DNA of 64,000 nucleotides from Candidatus Omnitrophota bacterium (GTDB lineage Bacteria; Omnitrophota; Omnitrophia; Omnitrophales; JACROU01): NCBI GenBank assembly GCA_029261035.1, contig JAJDCD010000023.1, positions 237,126 to 301,125 of the forward strand, read 5' to 3'. Shown piece by piece: positions 42,409 to 55,400 of this stretch (position 1 is its first letter; each line of letters starts with the position of its first letter). The notes under the pieces were generated by a model. It saw only the letters and a program-made list of their open reading frames with translations, ran no database searches and was not told where the DNA came from. The position numbers and the translations under genes were made by a program.

Positions 42409-42734
42409 ATTTAGAATTATGTTTAGGGTTTTTGCTGATAGCTTAAAGCTAAATAGAAAACGCCAAAAATTTAGATAATTATTTCTTGGCCTTGTGCGGG
42501 ATGGTTTTCATCTTAACTCCTTATGTGGTTCCGGACATGTCTTTCAAATAACTTCGGGCCCCATAGGATTAAGAAGTTTTGCCTTTATGACAACTGATTA
42601 TCCTCGCCGCCATTGAATTGCTATCTAAGTTTTTGGCGTTTTCTTATTTTCTATTTCTAATTATGTTTCTATAAAAACTCTAACACATCCTCACAACTTT
42701 ACTAGTCGATGTCTTACAAAAAAATTTTAAGGAG

Positions 42735-43181
42735 TTACACGTTTACAATTTCTCCGGCCTCTGTGATTTGAAATGAGCGGTTTCCTGTAACATTAACTTG
42801 TTGGGGAGACGCCGTAATGGTGTAAGTGGCTTGAGTTACATTAGATAACGCAAAGTTGTATCCTTGTCGTGAGCCGCTTGTCAGTGCAGTATCGCAAAAG
42901 GGAGGATTACTGGAAGAAAGAGCCCCCAAGGTTATGGGATAGCCCGTAAAGATAATTCGATATTGTTCCATAGCTTGTCTTAATGTATTTAGAGCTGTCT
43001 GAGCTCCTGTTTCATTGGCTGTAACTCGGGCGCTTCTGAAATTGACGAAAGACACAACGACCACAATAGCAATGATAGAGAAAACCACAATAATTTCCAG
43101 AAGAGTAAAACCTTTTTTGCTTTTGCTATGTTTTCGACTCCAAAATTTTACAAACACTGCGAGCGCCTCCGTAAGTAGCAT
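42735..43181 (-). CDS. Type IV pilin / T2SS pseudopilin-like protein (N-terminal prepilin methylation motif)
   Basis: 148 aa. KKG/FTLLEIIVVFSIIAIVVVVSF is the class III signal (G-F-T-L-x-E plus a hydrophobic helix). The leader is longer than usual, and the true start may be the in-frame GTG giving VFVKFWSRKHSKSKKG. Confidence 0.7.
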   Translation of the reverse strand: MLLTEALAVFVKFWSRKHSKSKKGFTLLEIIVVFSIIAIVVVVSFVNFRSARVTANETGAQTALNTLRQAMEQYRIIFTGYPITLGALSSSNPPFCDTALTSGSRQGYNFALSNVTQATYTITASPQQVNVTGNRSFQITEAGEIVNV

Positions 43182-43432
43182 CCTTATTAAACCAGCTCTA
43201 TATATAAATTTAACACAAATATGGACGACACAAAAATTTAAGCTATATAACTTTCTAAACAGAGCATGATTAGTATATCGCCCTAATAAGTAGAAACTTT
43301 AAACCTGAATAATCGTAAATCACTATAAATAAAGGGCTTAAGTTGTTTATTTAATTTAGAGTAAGACAGCTTTCAGAAACGTCCTATAATTACTTGTTTA
43401 TATTAAAAGGGTGCTTGAAATTTCAGAGTTAA

Positions 43433-46400
43433 ATGTTATTCTTTTTAAAATCTTTTATTCTGTTTCAAGAAAGGCCTACTCGGTTGAAATTTTTATACAA
43501 AACTCGGAGATTCTTATCTTCTCTAGTTCTATTTACATTTCTGTTCTCGCTTATCCAGGTTTCAGACTTAAAGAATGCAAATGCAGCTACGATAGTGCCA
43601 CAAAGTCCTCTCTTTGTTTTTGATTTTGATTTACCAAGAAATCTGGGAGAGCTTACGCACATTTCTCCAAAAGTTCTTCTTGATCCAACTTCGGATGAGC
43701 CCCTATTTTTTCATATTCAGTCCTCACATCGTCACTACGAAACAGAAACAAACATAAAAGAAATACTCCGTTTTCTTACTAAAGAATATGACATAAAACA
43801 TATTTTTTTAGAAGGAGGAGCTTATCGTCTTCATCCTGAAAATTTTCAATTTTTTCCAGAAGATCCAGAAATGAATAAAAAAGTCGTTCAGACATTACTT
43901 CAAAAGGGGGAGCTTACGGGCGCAGAAGCTTTTTTAATTGAATCGGAACAAAATGTTTCTGGTTGGGGACTTGAAGATGCAAAGCTCTATAAAGAAAACA
44001 GAGATCTATTTAAGAAAATTATAAAATTACAGCCGCAAGCGCAAACTTATTTAGATTTCCTAATTTTAGAATTAAACAGCATTAATTCTGTAGTTTTAAA
44101 TAACACTTTAAAAAAGTGGCTCCAGCAAAAGAAACGGCACAAAGAGCAGACAACACCCCTTTCTGAGAGACTTCGTTATTTAAAAAAACAAGCTAAGAAA
44201 CAGCTAGATCTTGATTTAAGCACCCCTATTTCTCAAAACTTATTCCCCACATTAGTGCGTTATTTTCAATTAGAAAAAAGCTTAAAAGAATTTAATTTAG
44301 AGCACTGGAAAAAAGAAAAAGATCTATTTCTCCATGAGTTAAAAAAAATGGAATTAGAGCCCAATTTAGCGAAGGAGATTCATTCTTTTTTAGATAAGAC
44401 CCCTGGTTTCTTAAAAGAAAATTATGGCTACGATTCAAAAACCTCACAAATCTTTAGTTTGCCAAAGCTTCGATTTGTTTTTGAAAGACTTTACGATGCC
44501 CTTCCAGAGGATTTTGACATTAAACGATTTCCAAGTGTAGCGCAGTATATACAAATAGAAATATTGAAAGACGAAGTAAAAGGAAAACAAATGTTTCAAG
44601 AAATAAAAATTTTGGAAGAAAAGGTTCTTTCTTCTTTAATTCAAACCCCTGAAGAGAAAGAGCACATTAATCTTCTGGAGGAAATCACCCGTTTAAAAAA
44701 ACTAATACGGCTTGAATTAACTCGAGAAGAATATAATCGTTATTTTGACAATAGCTCTCAGCAAAACAAGCCAGAGCATATTTTAGATTCCACTCATCAA
44801 ACGATTTCTCAAACCATTAAAAACAAAAAGACATCCTTAGACATTTTGAAGCAAAAGTTGCTAGAAACGGGCATCTTTGATTTGACGCTTTCTTTTTATC
44901 GTGCAGCCATTGATCGAGAAGAGGCTATGACAAACAAATTGTTGAAGCATGCAAAAGAGGTGCTAAAAGAAAAGACTATTTTTATTACAGGAGGTTTTCA
45001 CTCTGAAATTTTTGAAAGCACTCTTAAAAAAAATAATTTAAATTATGTTCAGATTTCTCCACACATGGGAGATGGCTCCGATTTCAGTGAAGAAACTTAT
45101 TTGAAAGCTTCATTAGGAAAATCATTTATTGAAACGGCTCATAAAGAAGCCCCTCTTCGCACGGACCCCTTGTTGTTATCCGAGTTAAATGACCCTATGT
45201 TTTTGGCAGATATAAAAGCTGTTGTTGATGAGACTGTTTTAGAAGTCAGCGGAAAAAGTTTAGGAGGCCTCTATGATAAAGATAAAACAAAAACAGTAGG
45301 TGAAGTGAGCTTTACGGGAGATGTAGAAAAAGATTTTCATCAAATTACAGAATGGTTCCAAACTATTTTTTCAAACCAGGAGGATGTGGATTTATTTTTA
45401 AAGCAGAATTATATTGTTTATGGAAAACGCGGAGAGGGGTGGATTTTAAGAATTGAGAAAAACTCTGACCACACACTTTCATTTGATTTTGAAGGAGTTT
45501 TAATGGGAGGTTTGAACACTCCTACTTTGGCGAAATATCAATTTGTTTTTGATTATCAGGAATCATCGGTTCAACTTTTTGTCTATGCAAATTGGCTACT
45601 TGATCTCCCTTACATAAGCGATGATCAACTTATTTTGAAAAAGAAAATCTATTTTAATTCCGAAGAACTCAGTTCTTTAAAATTTGAAAATAACAAATTT
45701 TATATCGAAGTTCCTGAAAAAGTGAGACAACAACTGTGGAACTTAGAAATTCTCGAGCGTTTTGAGAAAGAGGGGGTCGCATCAGAGCATTTACAGCTAG
45801 TGAGCGAGGCTCAGGGAATAGTGCTCCCGAAAAGCGGAGATGTTATGCCGTCAATGGCATCGAGCTTAGGAAAAGCTAAATCGGTTGACCCTGAGGAACT
45901 TGCTCAGAGAATTTTAACAAGCAAACGTTTTATTATCCGAAAAGGCGCTATTGATAGGCTGACGGGGATAGCGAGTCAGATGGTATTTAATTTACCCGAA
46001 GGCAAAGAAGCTGAAACCCAAAGACGTGCTTTTGATATTTTGGCCCGCTTATCTGTTCCACAAGAGGAAGGAGAAGAAGTTCTTCCAACGGAAGTTTATG
46101 AATTATTACATTTAGCACTAGCACATATCGCTTTACAGAGAACTCTTCCTTACTCTACAGAAGCTTTGGAACAATTAAAAAACAACCTTTTATCTTCTAA
46201 TATTAGTGAAGAAAGATTTTTCAAGAGTGTAACAAACGCATTTTGGAATATCATTTATTTAGATGCAAGAAAGGAACATGGCTATCGAAAAGATTTTATT
46301 TTAGAAGTATTATCTTTTATTGAATCTACGATCCTGTCTAAGTCGCCGCAACTGAGAAGCCTGGTTTACCCTTTGTTGTTTGAATTTTTAAAAAGATTAG

Positions 46401-49400
46401 CTTATGAGGTTGGAAACCAAACAAAGTCTAGTGAACATTTTGGCGTTGTAACAGCACCTATTTTAAATAAAATTTTTGATATTTATAAACACGTTTTCTC
46501 CACACCTAATTTTGAAAAAAAAGTATATAAAGATGCTGTTATCCATTCATTTTTGCATATTTATTGGGGAGTCAAAGGGGATTATTCTCCACTGCCATTA
46601 ATGCAACGGCGAATAGATGATTTTCAACCTGTGGTGAACTTTATTCAAGACGCATGGAATGAGTCCAGAGAAGAGGAGAGAAGGAATGGAATTAAAGATT
46701 TGTATGACAACTTTGTTCAATATCAAGATGAGGGCTCTGCCTCTAGTTTAGGCAATGCTCATAGACCCCCTTTTTCTTTTAAAAACGGTATATTTCGTTT
46801 GAATTGGAATTACCCTGGAAAGGCGGATGTTTATCCATGGGCACCTAAAGAGAGGGGCAGTTTTGCGGAAGCCTTAAATTATTGGTATGGCCGTGCCATA
46901 TTCTTTACGGTGGACGAAAGAGAACCTCTTCATTATGAAGAAGCAATAACAGAGCGCTTGAGTTCTGCTGTTGGAGATTTTGAAAAAATATATAGAGGGC
47001 TTGCTGCCTATCCTCAGTTACGATTATCCAATGTTCTGATTCAAAGAAACTTGGATAAACCCACAGCAGAAGTTGTGGAAATGATAAAGCCACTTATATT
47101 TGATGCAGCAAAAGCTTTTGGGGAGGCTCCTGAGTCAAGAGCTTTTCGTGTTGATCGAAAGGCAGACCACGACTCCTTGATGGTTTTGTATCATAATGCA
47201 GAACAATTTGTTGATACTGTAACTCCGTTTTATCGAGCGCATCAATCCAAAGCCTCTAGTTTGGGTTTACGACCTGTCGAAGAGAAAAAAGTTTCAACAT
47301 TTGATAGGTTTCCTACAGACAAAGATTATTGGGATCTTTTTTGGAAAGAAGCTAAGCTTTCCTCTTCTTCTGTTAATGGGGATTACCCTCCATCAATTTC
47401 GGGTTTTCTAGAACGGTTTTTTTCAAAATTACCTAACAATTTTAAATCAGGACTGGATTTAGGCACAGGAAATTTTCATGCCTTAAGAAAGGCGAGGGAA
47501 CACTTTGATTCTAGAGCAATGACACCTATTCTTATAGGTACAGACTTTGCTCAGCCAGGAATGAGCCCTCCCGAAGGGGTGGTTTTTAGGAAAGTTGCGG
47601 GAGAACATCTTTCCGATCTATTAATAGATGATGAGCTAGACCTTCAGCATATAGAGGCTATTTTCGGAGTGCATTCGTTACTTTATATGAATGTGGAAGG
47701 CACCCTAAGACAAATGAATGCTGTTATGCCAATGGGAGGACAAATTGGATTTGTTTTACATCATGCAGAATCAACCTATGTTTTTTCTGAAAAGTATTAT
47801 TTGGAAATGTTGTTATTACTTGAACGCTTAGATTTATTTGCAACTTTGCGGCAATTCATAAAAGACCCTAGACCTAAAACGTTACGCGTTGTTTATAAAA
47901 AAACAAAAGTACTCATAGACATTATTCTCCAAAAACAAGAAGAAGACCGTGCTTTTAGCGACTCCCCAACAGGAAAGATGATTGGAGAACTGATAGGGTT
48001 GTCTAGCTATGTTACCCAACAAGTGCTTAGTGATTGGCTTAAAAACTCATCTTATGCACATAAGGTCCCAGAATTTTCTACCCCTTTTGATATGATTTAT
48101 ATGATGGAGTTTCTTTCTTTAGATGAAATGGAGGGTTTTCGCGAGGAAGGTTTGGATGATTATATTTATGAAGTTATGAGTCAATATAAAAAATTGAAAG
48201 TGGAGCTAAACCAAACTCACACGGAATATTTGGAAAGAATAGAGGGGCGTTTTTACGGAAGAAAAAAGAAAGCCGCTTTGCTTAAAGAAGCTGCTATTTA
48301 TGGAATGCAGCATAAAGACGAACTTATGGACTTGTTCAAACGCAATGGTTTTGAAGTTGAAGTTGAAGAGCTTCATGATACCCAAAGTAACGGAAGGTCG
48401 TTGTTGGGTTGGGGAGTTACGGGAACAAAAATTTCGGAAGCAATGGAAAAAAAACCTGTTTTGAAAAGAGTTAATTCAGAAATGCCCAAACTTGATTTTG
48501 ATGAAATAAAAATGAAAATCCCAGATTTTAACGATGACTTTTTTGAAAGCGTACAAAACCAACTGGAGCAGTTAGAACTGTTAGAACGCATTGGTTTTCT
48601 TAAAGCGGCGTATGCTATTTTGCAGGACCCTTCAAATTTGTGGGCACAAAACACATTAAATCACGCAGTATACATATTAGATCTATATGCACATTTTATT
48701 TCAGGGATGAAAAAATTTATAGGTGATTATGCTTTTTTTAACCCTTCAACTATTTTAAGTTTGTATTACCAGACTTTAAAAGGCTTAGAAACCAGACTTT
48801 TGCCAGGAGAGCTTCTAGATCACATATTATGGATTCAATCCCAGATAAGGATGAATCAAATAGAAAAAGTATTATTAAGAAGAATTTTAGAATTAAGGCC
48901 TGAAGAAAAAGTAAGGCGTCCAGGGAAAATTGTTCAAAGAGCTCTGTCGGAGTTAGGTTATGAACTTACCCTTTTTGGACAAACTAGCTTTTCTAAAGAC
49001 AACACATACTGGGAGATCGAAATAGAAAAAACCACTGCAGCGAGTTTGGGGAGACTGAGGTCCATGACAACCCATAGGGTGTTTAGTAAGGAAGAAAAAG
49101 AACTAAAAACCAATGAGATCGTTCCCGCAGCCAGTTTAGGTCAAGTGAGGAATCAAAAGTCCGTCTTGATTGATAGAATCCGAGCAGGGTATGAAAAACT
49201 AAAGGAAGAAGAGAAAGTAGAGATTGGTGATATAAGTCTTTTGGTAGACAAGAAAGAGGGAAGGTTTTACAAAACATTTCCTCATCCAGGTGGGAAGAAT
49301 AAAGGAAGTAGAGAGCCGGTTAGACTGGGAGCTAACATTGAAGAGCTTGAGCTTAGGCTTCTAAGAGAAGAAGAAGCTATTGTTTTAGAATTTATATATA

Positions 49401-52400
49401 CAAAAAAAGGAAAAAAGGGAGTTGCCAAGCTTTATTGGACCGGAAAAAAATATGAGACCGAGTACGAAAGAAAGGTCCGCGAGATGCGAGAAGCATTTAA
49501 AAATCTAGAGGAAGAAAAGGTAGTAGCGGTAGGGGATGTGAGTTTGCTGGTGAATAAGTCGCAAGGAAAATTACAACACGGTTTTCCAACGCCAAATGGA
49601 AACACATTAAATAAACTCCAACCAATAGGAACAGGAATGAAGGGTGCGCGTCAAGAAACTGTTGCTTCGAGTCTTGGGGTACAACTCAATAAAGAAATGC
49701 TGATCATGAAAATAAGAGAAGGGTTTAGGGATTTAGAAGTTGGAAATACCAAGATGGTGAGCATAGGCGATGTGAGCCTTTTGGTAGATAAAAAACGAGG
49801 AAGATTTTACCAGACGTTTCCGACACCCGATGGAGGTACGGTAGAGAGGGGACAAGGAATAGGAGCAGGAAAGGGCATAAAAGACATTTATTTAAAAATG
49901 ATAAAAGAAGAGCAGGAAATTGTTTTAGAATTTTGGTTTAAAAAAGGGAACAGTGAAACAGAAGATAGAGTAAAGTTTTATTGGAATGGAAAAGAGTATA
50001 AACAGGAAAAAGACAGAAAGAAAAAAGAGTTAATCAAGCGGATCAAAAAAGGATTTAAAAAAGCAAAAAAAGGCCAGTCTACAGAGATTGGAGATGTAAG
50101 TTTGTTGGTTAACAAAAAATACGGAAGGCTCCAGTCGGTTTTTCCGATGCCTAATGGCGAAAAAGTTGCGGGGATAGGTTTATCCTTTGGAGCGAAATTA
50201 AACCTCAAAAAGATTAGTTTAAAGATACAAAATGAAGAAGGGCAGATCGTTTTAAAATTCCTTTATAGAGTAAAGGGGAAAAAGGAACAAGAAACAGCAA
50301 AACTCTATTGGAATGGAAAAAAATATGAAACAGAGGAAAAGAAAAAAAGCAGTAATAAGGAACAAAAAGAGTTAATCAAGAAAATCCGAAAAGGATTTAA
50401 GGATTTGGAGTCTGGAAAAAGCGAAGCAATAGAAGTTGGTGATGTGAGTCTTTTGATAAAGAAAAAAAGAGGCCTTTTTAAAGGAAGTTTCCCAACACCT
50501 AACGGAGGAAAGGTGGGGGCCTCTCAGGCGCTTGGAACGAGTGGGAACCTCAGTGAAATTTTTCTAACAATAAGAAAAGAAGGAAATCAAATAGTTTTAG
50601 AATTTCGATATACGAAAATGATTTCAAATACAGGAGATAGAAAAGAAAAAATTGTTGGAAAAGAAAGGCTTTATTGGAATGGAACAAAATATCTGAACAA
50701 GTTTAATACAGGAGAAAGAAAAAAGAGAGAAGAAAGACTAATCAAACAAATCCGAAACGGATTTAAGAGTTTAAAATTGGGGAGGAAGCAAGAGGTTGAA
50801 ATCGAAGATATTAGTTTGCTGATATATAAAAAATACGGGACCCTTAAACCCATCTTTCCAACACCTGACGGAGGACAAGTTAGAAAAGGATATCCGTTTG
50901 GGGGCACTAAGCACATTAAAGAGATAGCGTTAAGGATAAAGAAAGAAGAAGGCCAAATTGTTCTCGAGTTTTTCTATAAAATAGAAGGAGAGGAAAAGAA
51001 AAGTGTCAGAAAGGTGTACTGGCACGAAGGAAAATATGAGTCAGAGGTGGGGAGAAAAAAAAGAGAAATTCACGAAGGGTTTAAAAACTTACAGTCTGGA
51101 GAAAAAGAAAAAATAGAAATCGAAGATATCAGTTTGTTAGTAAACATGAGACACGGGGTATTCAAACCCGACTTTCCTACGCCCGATGGAGGTCGAATAG
51201 GTAAAAGTCGAGGAATGGGAGTAGGAAAAAATCTTAAAGCCATATCTTTAAGGGCAAGTAAAGTAAAAGGAAAAATTGTTTTAGAATATTTCTATAAGAC
51301 AAAAGGAAGTAAGAAAGAAAAATTCGCAAAAGTGTATTGGTTCGAGGGTAAATATGAAGTAGAGATAGATAGAAAGAGAAGAGAAATCCGAGAAGGGTTT
51401 CAAAAGTTACAGCTTGGAGAACAAGAAGAAATAGAAATTGGAGATGTGAGCCTCTTGGTGAATAAAAGATATGGAAACTTCCAAATGACGTTTCCAACCC
51501 CTGATGGAAGTCAGGTTGGCAGGGTAGGAGCCATTGGAATAGGAAAAAATCTCAAAGAGGTCACTTTAACCATAAGGAAAGAAAATGGCGAAATCATCCT
51601 AGTCTTTTTCTCTAAGACCAAAGGAAGCAAGAAAGAAAAGCAAACAAAACTATACTGGTACGAGGAGAAATACGAGTCTGAGACAGATAGAAAAAGAAGA
51701 GAAATACGAGAAGGATTTCAAAAGTTACAGCTTGGAGAACAAGAAGAAATAGAAATTGGAGATGTGAATCTTCTGGTGAACAAAAAAGCAGGGAACTTCA
51801 AATTCCGCTTTCCGACACCTGATGGAGGGCAGGTTGGAAAGCAATATGCAATTGGAATGGGGGGGGACTCCATAGAGATTGATCTGAAGATAAAAAGAGA
51901 AAAAGAAACAGGAAAAATCTTGTTAGAATTTAGATATCAAAAACAAGGCCGAGCAACTTTTGAGAAAGTGCCTGTTACCTTAGCCTGGAATCCCACGACA
52001 AAAACCTACGAGCCTTATGTCCCCGAAACCCAACAAGATGTTTATGAGTTTGACCTCGATACGGAAGGGTTTAGTTTGGGAAGACAGATGTTAGAAGTCG
52101 GAAGTCAGAAAATGCCAAAAGCTAAAGGCTATGAGCTGACAGCTATAGAAGCGTCGAGCTTGGGAGAACAACAAGCATTAGAGGAAGCCTGGAAGGCATT
52201 TCAGTTACAACGTCCTCAGCTGATTGCAAAGATTGAAGCATGGAAAGCTGGAAAGCGAGGCGAAGAAACAGCACGGCAATTAAGAGATCAAATTTATAAG
52301 ATCGAACGAGCAGATTTAATTGCTTGGGATTTAGATAAGTATATGCACAAAAAATCCTCCCAAAAAGTTTTTTCTGGTTATAAAGAACTGCTGATTGCTC

Positions 52401-55400
52401 TTTTTTCCGATCTTCAGTTAAACCCTTTAGGTTTTCAATTAGATTTTGTGAAAAAACCTCTAGAATCGATTCGTTTTCGATTTGCTCAAAAGGTTCCTTC
52501 TGTTATGGAGCGTTATGCTCGGGTTGAAACTTTATCTGAAGAGGAAAAAGATTTGTTAAGAGAGGAAGTATATGAAATTGATTCGTCGAGGCTTAAAGAG
52601 TGGCAGCTAGAAAGAGTTCTTCATCGAAAAGAAGTTCCTTTGTTTGATGGGGATTACAGGCAGGTTCTTATTTTGTCTCTTCCAGACTTAAAATTAAACC
52701 CTCTAGGTTTTGGGCTTGATTTTACTACTTTAGAAAAAGCATTAGAATCAATGCGTTTTATTTTTGAAAAAGAAATTCTGGAAATTTTAAAACGTTATGA
52801 GCAATTGAAGGGGCTGTCGGAACTAAAAGTAGAACAGTTAAGAGAAGAAATTTATGCCATTCGAGGAAGGCATCTAACAGCTTGGGGTTTAGAAGGGTTA
52901 GGAGATAGAAGTGCGGCCCCTTATTTTAAGGGAAGTACTTTTAATGCATTGAATACTTTTTTTTCGGAGTTGAATTTGAACTCCTTAGACTATGAATTGG
53001 ACTGGTCCAGCCCAGAACAGGCTACGGCATCGGTTCATCATGTCTTTAATAAAGAATTTCCAGAGCTTATGGAACGGTATCGACGCTTTGAAGAGTTGAG
53101 CTTTTCTCAACAAAACAGGTTAAGAGATGAGTTTTATCAATTTACTCAGAATCAAATGCAAGCGTTAAACTTAAGAGCCGCAACTCAAGAATATTTTCAA
53201 AACACACATGCTATAGCCATGCAGGCTATTTTTCCTAAGCTGGAACTTAATGTATTGGGTTTTAGTCTGGATTGGAGTTCTCCTGAGCAAGCGAGAGCCT
53301 CCCTGAGATTTGTTTTTCAGAGACACATTCCGTCTATTATGGAACGTTATGAAAAAATAGATCAGTTAGATGCAGAAATGATTGAAAGATTAAGAAGAGA
53401 TATCTATCACAACATTTCAAATGCGCATTTTCGATTATGGAAAATACAAAATTTGATTCGCACTAAAGTTTTGGGTGAAAACTATCTTGAGGTTTTGGAC
53501 GTTTTTTTTAATGATCCTCGATTAGGTTTCTCTATCTTAGGTATGAGACAGTATCGTAAACAAAACACAACAACAAAATATCAATGGAAAGATTTGCAAC
53601 AAGCAAAAACAAGTATTAAAGAAGCGATGAGAGAAAATATGCCAGAACTTGTGGATCAGTATGAAGCATGGGAAAGCTTAAGTCTTTTTGAACAAAATAA
53701 CTTACGCGATGATTTTTACGCAATAACAGCAGGGCATATTGCTGTTTGGGGATTAAATAGCGCTTTAAATAATAGAGCAGTTCCTTTTTTTAAAGGAAAA
53801 ATTTTTAATGTCTTGAATGAAACTTTTCCTAACCTTAAGTTAAATCCTTTAGGGTTTGCTTTGGATTACACTACAACAGATAGAGCTCTAGAGTCTATTC
53901 GGTATGTGTTAAGCAAGAAAAAACCAAAGGTGATCGAGGAGTATGATCGCAGACACGAATTGAGTCAGGACGAAATAGAAGCGCTAAAAGAGAAAATATA
54001 TCAAATAAATTCAAGGAGTCTTCTTTTGTGGGGTTTAAGAGGCGCTTTTTCTAAAAAAGAATCTCCACAATTTGAAGGAAGTTATGTTCGAGCTTTACAG
54101 ACTTTCTTTTCTGGTTTGGAGTTAAACCCGCTTCGATTCAGGACAGATTTTACAACGGAAGAAAATGCGATTAACTCGGTGTTATCCAAGTTTGAGAGAT
54201 ACAAGCCTCAACTTTTTAGTAAATATCAAAGTATTGAAGACTTAACGGAAGAAGAAGTGGAGACTTTAAGAGAGCAAATTTATCGAATTCAGCCGGAACA
54301 ACTTAAATTGTGGGGTTTAAGAGGGGCTTTTAGTTATTTTAAGGGAGGGTATCGTGCAATTCTTATGGCTGTTTTTAACCACTCTCGATTAAATTTAGAA
54401 AAAGAAAGTTTTAAGAGAAAACGCAAAAGAAGACGCATCTCAGAATCAGGACGGATTCCAACGGTAGGTCTCAACGTACAAACAGATGAGGAATCGTCTG
54501 CTTCAAGTCTAGGCGAGGATATGTCTGACACGGAAGTTTGGAAATATGGTTTTAAGACGGTCAAAGGAAGCGCGGAGTATAACCCGGAGCTTAAGAAAGC
54601 TATACGAGAATTTTTCCGAGCTTTAAAAGGAAGCAACCCGGACAAACTAAAAATAATATCTGTGGATACAGGAACAGGTGCTTATACAGCAATTAATGAG
54701 GCAAGAAACTATTTAGAAGAGCAAGGTTGGTTACATCGATTTGAGCTGGTGGGTACAGATATTTTCGAACCAGAAGAAAAGGCCCCAAAAGGGGTTCGAT
54801 TCGAAAAAGTAGCTACAGAAAGCTTGTCTGACAGTTTTGCTTTAGAGTCTCTGGATGGCGTTATGAGTGTGCGGTCACTTTTATACACAGATGTTAAAGA
54901 CAGTCTTTTTGTATTGAATCAAGTATTAAAAGTTGGCGGAGAAGGTCTTTTTATTCTCCATCATAAATATTCAGAGATTCTTGCATTTGATAGAGATTTT
55001 CAAGAACAGGTAGATATTTTAAAAGGTTTAAAGTTATTCGCACATTTAGAAACTTTTGTGAAACAGCCCAATTATAGGAATTTAAGGCAGTTGCTGATAG
55101 TAAGAAAAATTATTTCTAATGCAATCCATGAGAGAAAAACAAGAAAAGACTTTCCTCATATTTTAAATAGAGAGATTGGCCTTTTGCAAAAGTTTCAAGC
55201 AGCCATTGACTATTCTGTTTATCTTGTTTTAAGAGACGGGTTAAAGAAAAAGATTACTACGAAGGAAATAGATGAGGTTCTAAGCTTTTTGGAAGTACCA
55301 ACAAACATGGAAGAAGAGTTTCTTCCTTATTTTAACGACCTTATGACTCTATATATCCGTCAATATAGCGGTTTTGATGTACAGACGTATGAGCATTCAG

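Noticed and set aside
43411-43623. 70-aa ORF overlapping the start of giant gene 2 (and the antisense ORF 43465..43662)
   Set aside because: Both lie within or alternate to the signal-peptide-encoding 5' end of the 13.6-kb ORF, which is overwhelmingly the better gene model.
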